From Macrostomum lignano (lineage: Eukaryota), in the NCBI GenBank assembly GCA_002269645.1, contig NIVC01001982.1, forward strand, positions 152,295-216,294: a stretch of 64,000 nt of DNA, written 5' to 3'. Shown in pieces: positions 1-12,248 of this stretch (the stretch's first letter is position 1; every line of letters starts with the position of its first letter). The notes beneath the pieces were generated by a model that was given only the letters and a program-made list of their open reading frames with translations, made no database searches and was not told the origin of the DNA. The position numbers and the translations under genes are program-made.

Positions 1-1884
1 ATTTACTGCTTTACAAGCTTCCGTAGTTCCTCCCCCGAAGTTTTTGAGGACTATGAGGCGATCGGATTTATTTTTCTCTCCAGATCTTTTCTCCCATTCT
101 TATGGAGGATTTGAATAGCAATTCTATACTATATTGCCAGCTGTTGTTTTTGCGGCGTAGGGATTGTGGGTCAATTCTCGGGATTAAATACGCGTGCGCG
201 CACTCGCGAATTACCTGAAGGGGGCAGAAACAAAGCCAGTCACGTAGTATAGAGCTGACTGCAGAAGCAACAGCTTGTGCGAAGCGGCGGCATTGCGGCA
301 CGCTTAGGCTTGGCGTCCTCTGGCAAGATAGTCTTCCACAATGCGCACAATAAGACTAAGACTTTAATGTTCAAACTGTAACTTTATAGTAACTGGTCTT
401 TGGGAAAATAACTATGAATTTGATTCACTGTGTCGTACTCACTTATAAATGTTGAATGAGAGTTGTTGGTAGAGACGCTTGAGAATCACGTGATCGGAAA
501 CTGGATTAGAAGAGAGAAATACGCTTTGTCAGTCAAATCTCTATTCAGTCTGGAGTGAACGGCGTGCAGCCTTGATGTGAGCGAGCGCTATAGCTGAGAC
601 AGGCGCACGGACACAACTTTGAAGGCCGGGTCTGTCGGTCTACTAAAGCTGCGTCCGTGACCCCAACCTCTTTCCACCATCTTTCCTCCGTCCCGCTCTC
701 ATTGAATCGGTCGCCGCCTCTCTGTTCACTAATTACAAATGCACACTGAAGAGCCGCGTCACGAAAACGGTGTGCGGTTGTGACGTTTTCCTGTCACACA
801 TTAGCGTATAATTGACACAGAGATGACGTTTGGTCTAGAATTGCGGTCGCAGCACAATTATGGCTGATAATAAACGTGCCAGCAATTGATTTTAGGAAAA
901 TATCAATCAGCTGACTAAAATGGTAATCTTTTTTATAAGCTAGATTTTTCTGTTGCATTGTATGAAGTGAGTGGATTTAAAAGAAAGTAAAGTAATGAAA
1001 AACGCATACTATGTACGACTTAAAATTAATCTTTGATTTAAATTTCTTTTAATATTGTGCAGTTTCATGTTTAAACACGATTGAGCAATAATGTGATTGT
1101 TTACGTCTTAAAAGTATTGTTTAAATTTATCCATAAAGATACTATTAAAACAAACTAATCATTCTGGCCGCTGCGCATTTATTAGAATAATTTACCTAAA
1201 GAATGCAACAAGCGGTTCTATAATTATACTGATATCAACCTATACTACTAATTAAAAGTAGAGTTAGTCACCCGGTTTAAGTTAGAAAGGAGAAGACACC
1301 CATCGTACGAGTTCGTAGTACGTTTGGCGTAACGTCGTTCATTCTGGACGGACAAGCTGCTCTTTGTTTGTTGGGCTGCCGAGACAGGCGCACGGATGGT
1401 CCAAGCTACAGCTCGTCCGATGGTCCAAGCTGATGCTCGCCTGATGCTCAACGGCCGTTTACAACTCACCCAGAACTACGAGTATGTCCAAATCCTGGCG
1501 GGCATAGCTGTCCTGGCTCGACGTCATCCAGATGACGGACAAACAGTCAAACCCCAGCGAGTGTATGAGGTAGTCGCGGACATTGAGGCTGCACTTGTTG
1601 AACACAACAATTACACATGCTCTGAATCAAATTGACTATTTAGAGTTTACAAACCATTTTTAGAATATGGACATGTTTAATTATATAGATTATATCTTTA
1701 TAGAGTTCAACAGGATTTGCTATATTATTTTATTGACTGACTGAACAATATACCAATATTGATAGGCTGCAGAGGGCAGAAACGAGCTATAACGCCGAGG
1801 CGTGTAGCACCGAGGAGTGTTGGCTCGTTTCTGCCCGATGCGGCCCATCCATATTAGTGTTATAGTTAGCGGGCGAGAAACCGC

Positions 1885-2075
1885 GTTTCACGGCCCGCTG
1901 AGACTGTCTATGGTAAAATCCCATTTACTCCAATGCATTCAGTCGGTTTCACGGCCCGCTGAGACTGTCTATGGTAAAATCCCATTTACTCCAATGCATT
2001 CAGTCGGTTTCACGGCCCGCTGAGACTGTCTATGGTAAAATCCCATTTACTCCAATCCAGTCAGTCGGTTTCATG
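1885..2075. repeat. Tandem repeat, 61-bp unit, about 3 copies
   Basis: GTTTCACGGCCCGCTGAGACTGTCTATGG... restarts at 1885, 1946, 2007 and partially 2068. Confidence 0.95.
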
Positions 2076-2273
2076 GCAAAGTCTATGGCAAATTCTATGA
2101 AAATGTCTATGGCAAAGTCAGAAGAAAGTGGGGTCAAATGGCGCTGAGCCTCCTTGCGGGGGTGTTGGGGCGGAGCCCCCACATTAGCACACCAGTACTC
2201 TAGACAACGAAAGAAAGAATGAAGTCTAAAAAGTTGTCTATGGCCAAAACTCCTTTATTTTGCGAAGAAAATA

Positions 2274-2470
2274 TATAGCTTTTTGCATTCTAGTTTGGAC
2301 TGCGGGCTTTTAATTTGGACACAGAGTTGAGCAAAGCCCAGAGAATGCTGGCTAGTCTATGGCACAAATCAGAAGCAACTGACGGGCTTTTAAATTCGAC
2401 AGCGGGCAGTTTGGAAACTCTGTGTCCAAATTAAAAGCCCGCAGTCCAAACTAGAACGCAAAAAGCTATA
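2274..2470. mobile_element. MITE / foldback element with 55-bp terminal inverted repeats
   Basis: 2274-2328 is the reverse complement of 2416-2470 with one mismatch; ends TATAGCT...AGCTATA, compatible with a TA target. Confidence 0.8.
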
Positions 2471-3741
2471 GTAAGTGATACTAAGCATTATGAATCAGTA
2501 CTAAGCTTTACTTTCAAAATATAACAATTAGTAGAAACATTAACTAGATATAATACTTATATGCATACGAGTTTTTTTACTTATTGAAGTTGGCCATAGA
2601 TAATTGCAGCGGGCGGGATGCCTGCGTTTCACCCCGTTTGTGCAATGTGCATTCTTTTAACCCCCCCCCTTTGTGCTTTTAAGCATCAATTATTCATACG
2701 TTTGTTTTTACCAAAAATATAAATATCGACTTGTGAGCTTCAGAAACTCGAATTTTTTATTTCTCGCACTAACAACTATAGTGTTGTTTTAGCCAGCACC
2801 GGAGATACTGGCACCAGCGCCAGCAGTATAATACCTACAGTGCAAGTCCCTTTTGATAAAAACAGTGTGTAACCGGCTATTCAATACCGACAGGTCCAAG
2901 TGTGATTGCGAAGCAAATAACCGTGAATACGACACATTAACTTTAAGCACCAATAGCTAGATGTGGTTTGAAAAGTTTCAATTAGAAAGATTTTTGTTTA
3001 CCACCTGAAAGAGACTGTTTACTGTCTCTTTCGCGGTAGTCGGTAAGTATTCCTGTTAATTACCCATAAGAGGTTGTCCATGTTTCACCGTCCTCCCGCA
3101 GCTATATGCAGCAAACGATTACATAATCGGGTTAGATAGCGTGAAGCACACAGCAGAATGTCAGAGAATTTTCGCTTTATTGATAGATAACAAAATTCTC
3201 AAGTTAGAGCTCGGCTTGCAAGTTGACGTGTTAAGTTGAAAATTTGGTTGTTTGTTTTAATCCGCAGATTTTAACTGATTATTTTTAAAAAAAATGATTT
3301 CTAGGAAATTCTATCAGAAAGTCTTAACATTTCGATGCCAGGGTTAGTGATATAATTTGCAGTTTTGCTAGCAATAACTGCTGCTATCAGTTTATTTAGG
3401 TTTATAAAATATTCAATAAGATTGAACATAAGAGGAGAATTTCTTCAACAATAGTTAGTCTTGGTTTAATTTCAAACTGAAAAAAACTTTATAAATATTA
3501 GGGCAAATTATTAATTATATATATATTCATACGTGTACACTTTTAGGGCGAGGCGGTTAACTAGACATACGAGTAATTCGACTTGTGTAGATACGAGGTA
3601 TATTTGTCATACTTATAAGTAGTGTCTTTGGTTTTAGGCTCTGTTAGGTTTTTTATAGTTGCTTTTGGACTTCAAATTGTCTCAACATATCGAGTGTAAA
3701 TTTCTGCGATCATCAAAATTTGACTGACTTTGAAGTCGAAT

Positions 3742-4934
3742 TCAGCCGTTTGAGCACAGCAGGTCAAGCTGGTGAAACTCGTCCAGGCTGAGAGCTCCAA
3801 GGCTGAAACCGTAGCAGAACATTGTGCCGTTCAGGCAATTTGAGTCTGTCGATGACCGTCCCAGATTCAGTATCTCAAATCGATCTACCGAGTAGACGCT
3901 TGATTCGCGTTCAACCGAATCAGCTAAAATCAGGGAGCCGTTAAAGTAAAATTGGTGCACGGCGGTTCCATTGCAAGCGAATCCCGTTGACATCACTCGC
4001 TGGGCTACGTCAGATGGCAGGATTGGGTGCGACTTAGAGCGAATTTTTCTATTCCCATTTACGTCCGGTTCCACCTTAACAACGTCGTAGATTTTTCGCT
4101 CTTTCAAATAAAACGAATTTCCTAACTCGGAAATGTTGTTCGAAAACTTTTGATAGAACTGGACACTAAAATAGTGAAAAGATTCTGCAAGTCTTGGTCG
4201 TGGTCAGCCACTACATTTAACTCTTAAATGCAATATTCACGCCTCAGCTTACAGCGAATCGTAGAACAAGTGCCGAACTCGAACGAATGCAGAGTATTTT
4301 TCACCGAGCTTGAAGTATCTCCAGAATCCGGGAGTCGCTGTGCTCAGGAATGAGGCAGAATGACCATCAAAGTGAGCACCTACTGAGTCGACTTTCACAT
4401 TGCGAGACTTCAGACAGAACTGTCTCGGGTTGACTTCATTCCTGAGACCGCTCCTCGAGAACTTGTAGAACAGCTTCAGTTTGAGCTTGGTGAACTCGGG
4501 CTTGGGCAAGTCTGAAACAATATTTGAGTACTCGATCAGCTCATTTGAGACGGAATAAATGAAAATTTCAGTCCAAATACGTACGAGCTGCTGTGCAACT
4601 CACCGCAGTCTCTGCACAGCACATCCGTGTACTTGTACGAGTCGCAGTCGCCTTCGTCAGTCCATTGCTTGAGTTCTGAGCACGCGTCTCCATGGTAACA
4701 CTGGCCAGTGCCAATTTTGAAGTGGAATGCGTTGCAGGTGGGCAGTCGGGAGCAGGCGGCGGCGCACTGCAGCTTGCTGGTCAGCTTTTGCGGCAGCAGA
4801 GAGGCTTCTTCGGTGGGACAGCCATGGAACTTCTCGAACGACAGCTTAGAGGCGGAGGCACCGGCTGCTGAGCTCCAGCCTAGCAGTGAGAGTATCAGTG
4901 ACAGGGATAGGACCTTGCTAATCCTTCTCATCAT
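3742..4934 (-). CDS. Secreted PAN/Apple + LamG/pentraxin-like protein, copy 1 (exons 4934-4604, 4511-4253, 4165-3742)
   Basis: Signal-peptide-like N-terminus; PAN-type CAAACSRLPTCNAFHF...CYHG; GT-AG introns that keep frame; C-terminal FYFNG...LNLG...LNG...ALSLDEFHQL resembles a ConA-like/LamG fold. Confidence 0.75.
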
Positions 4935-5699
4935 GGTAGGTGTTGCAGTAATTGCACTACGCCTGCTGCTGATAGCTCACTGAATGGCAAGATGGCTCGA
5001 GTTTTTAAAAGCTCGAGACAAGTCTCCACACAAGCCACTGCATTATGGAACGGAAGTATTCAGTCGCCTAAATTGGATTCCATTACTTATGCCATTGAGA
5101 TGCCATTAGTCGCCATAATGGGATGAAATATTGGAATTTCTTCCATTTCCTATAGGCGCATCAGCTGTGTTTCCTGCTTGCAAACTCTGTTGGCGCTAAG
5201 CGTTTTTCGGTAAGCAAATGTGAGCGACTAACTGTCTTTGCATAGGCTCGGACGGTGCCAACGATCCCTGGTCTAAGAATTGTTTTAATGTGACAGCAAT
5301 ATTGCTGGCTTTTAGCCATTGCAATTAGGGTGGCTGGCAGTTTACATAGGAGCCTTAGTTGCAAGGTGTTTGCATTAGCTTGCTGAATATTTTTTTCGCG
5401 ATTTTTGTTAACAGCACTATCTGTCGGACCGGAGCCCGCACGCGAGTGAAACAATATCAATTAAACAGACAGGAGATTATAGACATTAAAAGGGTCTTAT
5501 AGGGATATGAAATATATATTTAGAATCAGATTATTTAACGGCATCGATGCCAACTCAATATTGAAGGAAATGTCAAATAGATACTTATAACATTTTTATG
5601 AGATTTGCTACATTTTGGGGAATGCAAAATACCATAGGCATCAAAGCTGTGTACCAGCTTAGAAGCGATCATTTTGCGAGAAACGACGCGGCTGCATAG

Positions 5700-6038
5700 A
5701 CAAGGGCTACTCAAGTAGAAGGACTGGAAACGACACTTCTTGGAAAATTTTAGAAGGCCGGAAAAATATATATTACGGAGAATGGAGGCTTTTATTAGTG
5801 TAACTGTGTAAGAAAATGTGTAACAGAATGATGAAATAGATTCATAAAACCAATGAGTCGAGCTGTGCCATTTTTATGGGATGAACATTGGATCAGCCTC
5901 CTATCAAAAGCAATAACCATTTTTGCGCTGAAAAATTGAAAGCCTTCATTCTCGGTAATGTATTTTAAGGCAAAACATGCCTCTTAAAAACTTTCCAAGA
6001 GACGAAGTTTCCTGTCCTTCTACTTGAGTGGCCCTTGT
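5700..6038. mobile_element. MITE with long imperfect TIRs
   Basis: ACAAGGGCTACTCAAGTAGAAGGACTGGAAAC (5700-5731) vs GTTTCCTGTCCTTCTACTTGAGTGGCCCTTGT (6007-6038); weaker inverted match continues inward. Confidence 0.7.
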
Positions 6039-6258
6039 TCATAAACTGGAGTGGATTCGAGATATTTAGACGACGGCTTAGTTGGTTGTCTGAAATTACA
6101 TCTTTTTACAGCATCAGAACCTAAATTAACCTAACTGCTTCACTTTAATTTTCAGCTTAAAATTATTAAAGCGTTATAAGAATCTCTTTGTAATTGTTAT
6201 TGCCTAAATTAATTAAGTAAATTTTATTATCAACATTTGACTGACTTCGAAGTCGAGT

Positions 6259-7426
6259 TCAGTCATTCGAGCACAGCAGCTCGAGTTGGTGAAAGTCATC
6301 CAGGCTGAAAGCTCCAAGACTGAAACCGTAGCAGAACATTGTGCCGTTCAGGCAACTTTGAGTCTGTCGATGACCGTCCCAGATTCAGTATCTGAGATCG
6401 ATCTACCGAGTAGACATGGTTTGTGGCGCTTGTCACGACACAACAATATGAATCGACTGTAGCAAGGGAGCCGTTGAATTAGAAGTGCTGCACAGCGGTT
6501 TCATTGAAGGTGAATCCCGCAGAAATGACTAGCTGATTTCCATCAGATGACAGTATACGTGCCGATGTGCAGTGACTTTGAAGTTCGAATGAGATTTTGC
6601 CTACCTTAGCAAAGTCGCGTATACGGCTACGTGATGAAAAGGATGAATTGCCGTAAGAGCCACTCGCCGATTAAAACCAGTGATAATTCTGATTTCTGAA
6701 ATGGTACAATTTTTTCTGAATACAATTTCTAAAACCGAGTTTAATTGAAACAAGATTAACGCATGCAATATTCACGCCTCAGCTTACAGCGAATCGTTGA
6801 ACAAGTGCTGCACTCGAACGAAAGGAGAGTACTTTTCACCGAGCTTGAAGAATCTCCAGAATCCGGGAGTCGCTGTGCTCAGGAATGAGCCAGAATTACC
6901 ATCAAAGTGAGCACCTACTGAGTCGATTTTTACGTTGCGAGACTTTAGACAGAACTGTCTCGGGTTGACTTCATTCCTGAGACCGCTCCTCGAGAACTTG
7001 TAGAACAGCTTCAGTTTGAGCTTGGTGAACTCGGGCTTAGGCAAGTCTGAAACAATATTTAAGTACTGGATCAGCTCATTTGAGACGGAATAAATGAAAA
7101 TTTCAGTCCAAATACGTATGATCGAGCTGCTGTGCAACTCACCGCAGTCTCCGCACAGCACATCCATGTACTTGTACGAGTCGCAGTCGCCTTCGTCAGT
7201 CCATTGCTTGAGTTCTGAGCACGCGTCGCCATGGTAACACTGGCCGGTGCCAATTTTGAAGTGGAATGCGTTGCAGGTGGGCAGTCGGGAGCAGAGAGGC
7301 TTCTGCGGTGGGACAGCCATGGAACTTCTCGAACAATGGCACTACTGCAATAGCGGCTGCTGAACTCCAGCCTAGCAGCAAGAGAATCAGTGACAGTGCT
7401 GGGAATTCGCTAATCCATCTCATCAT
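6259..7426 (-). pseudogene. PAN + LamG-like gene, copy 2, disrupted
   Basis: 44-bp deletion in exon 1 relative to copy 1 (frameshift near 7294) and in-frame TAA early in exon 3 (CAC TGG TTT TAA where copy 3 has CAC CGG TTT CTA). Confidence 0.75.
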
Positions 7427-8330
7427 GATCGGTGTTGCTGTATTTGTAGCTGGTTTGACATTCAATTCAAGACTTTCGCCTCCTGCTGATAGCTCGAATT
7501 TTTAGAAGCTTTAGACAAGTCTTGTACTCGTAAAGAGTTTGCATTATCGAACGGAAGTATTCAGTCGGTAAAACGCGATTCAATATCTCATTTATCCTAT
7601 TTCTTTGACACATTAACTTAGTTTCCTGCTTGCAGACTCTCAAGCTTTGCAGACTATCAAGCTTTTCTCGGTCTCGAAAGCAAATGTTGATCGAGTAACC
7701 ATGTCATTGCATAGGCTCGGTGCCATTTCTATTTTCTATTTTCTATTTCTAGAATATTTCGCTATTTGTTTCAATAGCGCCTTCTACCGGTATATTGTGA
7801 AGGAAGCGTCTCTTCTGTAAGTTAGCTTTTAATAATCTGTCGGAGAGGGAGCTAGAACACGACTAAAATAATAAACAATTTAGTAATATTACAGACAGAG
7901 ATTATAGACCTCAAAAGGATCTCATTAGGATTTGAAATGTATATTTAGAATCCGGCTGTAACAGCCTGGATGCCAACTAATTATTAAAAGGGAATATCAA
8001 ATAAGTTATTATATGTTTTAAGAATACATTCAATTGAGTTCGAAGTTTTATAGGGATCAAAGCTGTTTCCCTAAAACGCGATTGTTATTGTTTCTTCTGA
8101 AATTATTCCTTCAATTGAAGAGTTGAGTCAGGATACGCTTGTCATTCGACGACTGATTGATCGCGATCGGTTGTTTGAAACGTATTTTTATAGCGTCAGC
8201 GCATAAAGCATTCTTTCCAAAACTTATTAGAGTACTGATATTAAAATCTCTTTAGAGTTCTTACTCCCTATATTAATTGAGTAAATATCTCTTCTACTAT
8301 AACAACCGTTGACTGACTTTGAGGTTGAAT

Positions 8331-9503
8331 TCAGTCATTTGAGCACAGCAGCTCGAGCTGGTGAAACTCGTCGAGGCTGAGAGCTCCAAGGCTGAAACCG
8401 TAGCAGAACATTGTGCCGTTCAGGCACTTTGAGTCTTTCGATGACAGCCCCAGATTCAGTCTCTCGAATCGATCGACAGAGAAGGCACTACTCTTACGTT
8501 CAGATGAATCGACTGTAGCGATGGAGCCGTTGAAGTAGAAGTGCTGCACGGCGGTTTCACTGAAGGTGAATCCGGCAGACATGACTAGCTGATCTCCGTC
8601 AGATGGCGGGATGAATGCCGATGTGCAGTGGCGTTGAAGCTCAGATGAGACTTCGTTCACCCTACCAAAGTCGCAAATCCGCCTACCTGATGAAAAAAAC
8701 GAATTGCCGAAATCGCCACTCGCCGATAGAAACCGGTGATAATTCTGATTTCTGAAATTGTACCATTTTTTCAAATTAAATGTCAAGAAAACGAGTTTAC
8801 TTAAAACAACCCTTCAAAATTCAGGTCGCAGCTTACAGCGAATCGTTGAACAAGTGCTGCACTCGAACGAAAGCAGAGTACTTTTCACCGAGCTTGAAGA
8901 ATCTCCAGAATCCGGGAGTCTCAGTTCTCAGGAATGAGTCAGAATGACCACCAAAGTGAGCACCCACTAAGTCGATTGTCACGTTGCGAGACTTCAGACA
9001 GAACTGTCTCGGGTTGACTTCATTCCTGAGACCGCTCCTCGAGAACTTGTAGAACAGCTTCAGTTTGAGCTTAGAGTACTCGGGCTTGGGCATGTCTAAA
9101 ACAAATAATTAAGTACTCGATCAGCTCATTTGAGACGGAATAAACTAAAATTTCAGTCCAACTCACCCCAGTCTCCGCACAGCACATCCATGTACTTGTA
9201 CGAGTCGCAGTCGTCTTCGTCAGTCCATTGCTTGAGTTCTGAGCACGCGTCTCCATGGTAACACTGGCCGGTCCTAATTTCAAACTGGAAAGCATTGCAG
9301 GTGGGCAGACGGGAGCAGGCGGCGGCGCACTGCAGCTTGCTGGTCAGCTTCTGCGGCAGCAGAGAGGCTTCTTCGGTGGGACAGCCATTGAACTTCTCGA
9401 ACGACAGAACTACAGTAGCGGCTGCGGCTGCTGCTAGGCACAAGCAGAGCAGCAAGCTGAGAAGCAGCAGAGCTGATACTTGTAGTTTATCAATCCTCTT
9501 CAT
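8331..9503 (-). CDS. Secreted PAN/Apple + LamG/pentraxin-like protein, copy 3 (exons 9503-9167, 9095-8837, 8751-8331)
   Basis: Same exon structure and phases as copy 1, GTGAGT/GTAAG donors, open frame throughout. Confidence 0.75.
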
Positions 9504-10310
9504 CGCACAACTACAATGGCTAGCAGTTTTTTGAATTGATCCTCGCGGAGAATGCGATGTCGCGCAAAACGTTTTGAGTTTCCGATATACTGACTGTTTA
9601 AATGTAGAAGAAAAAAGAAAAATTTGTTTGTTAATCGCTCGGCAAATATCAACTTGGCAAACACAAAACCTTTTAGTGTCAATCTGTTTTTTTGAAAACC
9701 GGTTTAGAAGACGCGACGGAATCGTATAGACTGGATTTCCAAGAAGAAAGCTTTCTCTTGCCTCATTCGTTTGTCAATTTCTTTTTATCTTCCGCCGCAG
9801 AAGCACGCCACGTATATTTTCTGTACGCTTGCTATAGATATTTGAATAAGGCTTCAGCAATACTCATCTTCTGATTTCAGACTAATAGTCAGCAGATCTT
9901 GCCAGGCACAGTGGGTCGCTAGGAGGACGGTGTGAGCCTCAGAGCAGACTCAAGAGGTCTGGGTTTAGGATGACAACTGAGTCAGCAAAATTGGAGAACT
10001 AGGGCAATTGCAGAACTGGAGAGAGAACAGAGCTAAAGAATCCTTGATTGGAAAACAAGGCTTGAGAGGGCTCGCATTTATAGGCAGGAAATATTGCACC
10101 ATTACGCGCGAGACCCCGATTTTTCCTAATTTTTACACGGTCACCAATCTTGATTATACAGTATCTCTATTTTGAACCTTAATGTAAGAAAAATGAACAG
10201 TGAGCTCTTAAGGATGCGCGAGGGTTAAAGCGAATGCGTGCAGTTATTATAGATATAAACAAGGCAGCATAAATAAGGACAAGGTAGGGGCCTAAGCCTA
10301 TTCTAATAAA

Positions 10311-10932
10311 CTAATAAATAAAGCGACTCCCCTGTTTGCACGAACCGGCGGCGTCTGCGTCGGCGGCGCCTGTGGGAGGATTGGGGGACGGGGGCGTTAG
10401 CGGCAACTGTTCCATCGGCGGCGTCTGCGGCACCGGCTTCTGCACTGGCGGCGCTTGCGGGAGGATTGGGGGGGGCGGTGATGTTGGCGGCAACTGTTGC
10501 ATCGGTGGCGGTGGTGGGGGCTGCTGTAACTCTGCCAGCTGTCGTTCCAGCACCGCAACTCGTGGATCCTCCGCCGGTGCCGGCAGTGGGTCTGCCAGTG
10601 CTGGCGGCGGGTGCTGGATTCCGTCATTTAAAAGGACACGCCAGATCTGCTCCATATGCCTTTGGGGATTTCCGACCAGGCCATGCACAAAGAGTGCAGT
10701 TCGTAGGCCTGGTCTGAAATACAGCGCCGAGTTTTGCCCCCTAAAAACTCTGACACCGTTCGAAATTCCGCTGCTGTGCGAGCTCGCTCTGCGCAAGCAT
10801 GGGCACAGCGCTGTTCTTAAGGAGCTGCCGGGTTGTCCTCGAGGTGATTGCTTCCGGGCAAACTTCCATCGGTTCCGCAGCATCGGCGTTGCCCTCTACT
10901 ACTAGATCCTCCAGAAGCTGAGCGAAAGACAT
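10311..10932 (-). CDS. Unassigned ORF (~205 aa) with proline-rich C-terminus; one frameshift in a T run near 10743
   Basis: ORF 10932-10741 (MSFAQLLEDLV...CQSF) joins ORF 10883-10311 (FRGQNSALYF...PPPPPP) if one T of TTTTT is removed. Confidence 0.45.
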
Positions 10933-11835
10933 AGTTGCCGCAGATGAGTTTGATGAGACGAGACGACGTTAAAAATCTGAGAATTGCGACGGGGAGGCAG
11001 ATTCTTGAAAGCCCAACTCACACACACTTAAGGAATACGAATACGCGATGTGGCCATAGACACTCCACTAAATTGCGGTTGCAGCCCAGCATTCAAGTCG
11101 TAAGCACTGCTGTCAAAGTCGCGTAATTTTAGCCAGCCTTGGAGGATAAATGAGGCTCCAGAATTGGAGCCTCGAGCTCCAATACTAGATAGATGTGCAG
11201 TATTCGACGTGCAGTTTAGTGCTAGACAGCTCAGTGGCTGTCGTAGTTGTCGTCGCCTATTTGCGGCGGCATTGACGACATCTCCAATCGAATTCAGTCC
11301 ATTCTCGGCAGGTTTCTTATCATCGCCTCTAAGCCTATTTCGTCTTCTTGTGGTGCAATTGTAGCATATAACGGACTACTGCTGATTACGAACACTCAGT
11401 ACATCCCTGTGCGTCAATCAGCACTGCGCCTTAGTGCAGCCTTGCCAAGTCTCCAAATTTCATCAGCACGTCGACCTCATGTGTCTGCATCAGCTCTGAC
11501 ATTGTTAGTCACTGGCCTTCTCCCAGACGGAGCTTCTGGGCCTTCAACAGGTGGCACCAAGTGACTATGGACACGTTGTTGCAAATTTCTCCTGTTTCGA
11601 TGATCAAGCCCCGACAGTGGGCAAACTTCAACTGCTAGGTATCTTCAGCTAGCTAAATAATGGGTAGTATGCCGAGACAGGCAGAATGATGAAGCTCCCT
11701 TGAGCAGGAACGCTACTCCATGGGATATAGCGAATAGCTGATACCCTGCTACCCAACGACATAATGCAGCCACTACAAGTGACTTGTCTAGTAAAGATCC
11801 GGCTACTCTTCTGTTGCCAATGACTTTTATTGACT

Positions 11836-12130
11836 CTTAGTGACTCTTAGTGCCTCTCAGTGACTCTTAGTGAATCTTAGGACTTTTGCTGACATTTAGT
11901 GACTTTTAGTGACTTTTAGTGACTTTTAGTGACTTTTAGTGACTTTTAGTGACTTTTAGTGTCTTTTAGTGACTTTTAGTGACTTTTAGTGACTTTTAGT
12001 GACTTTTAGTGACTTTTAGTGTCTTTTAGTGACTTTTAGTGTCTTTTAGTGACTTTTAGTGACTTTTAGTGACTTTTAGTGACTTTTACTGAATGTGTGT
12101 GACTTTTAATGAGCCTTAGTGACTCTCAGT
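11836..12130. repeat. Tandem repeat, 10-bp unit GACTTTTAGT
   Basis: Direct inspection; more than 20 copies. Confidence 0.95.
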
Positions 12131-12248
12131 GATTTTTTTAGTGTCTTTTGTTTCTAAAAAGCCAAGACCCTGGGAATCTACCATAGTCGCCGATTGGCTT
12201 GTGAATTGGGGTTTGGTTTTCGCTGCTCTGTATTGGCTGATAGCTAGG

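Noticed and set aside
10212-10228. piggyBac end (AGGG-TTAA)
   Set aside because: No partner end or transposase found.
10336-10905. Gly/Cys-rich plus-strand ORF
   Set aside because: Antisense shadow of the Pro-rich minus-strand ORF.
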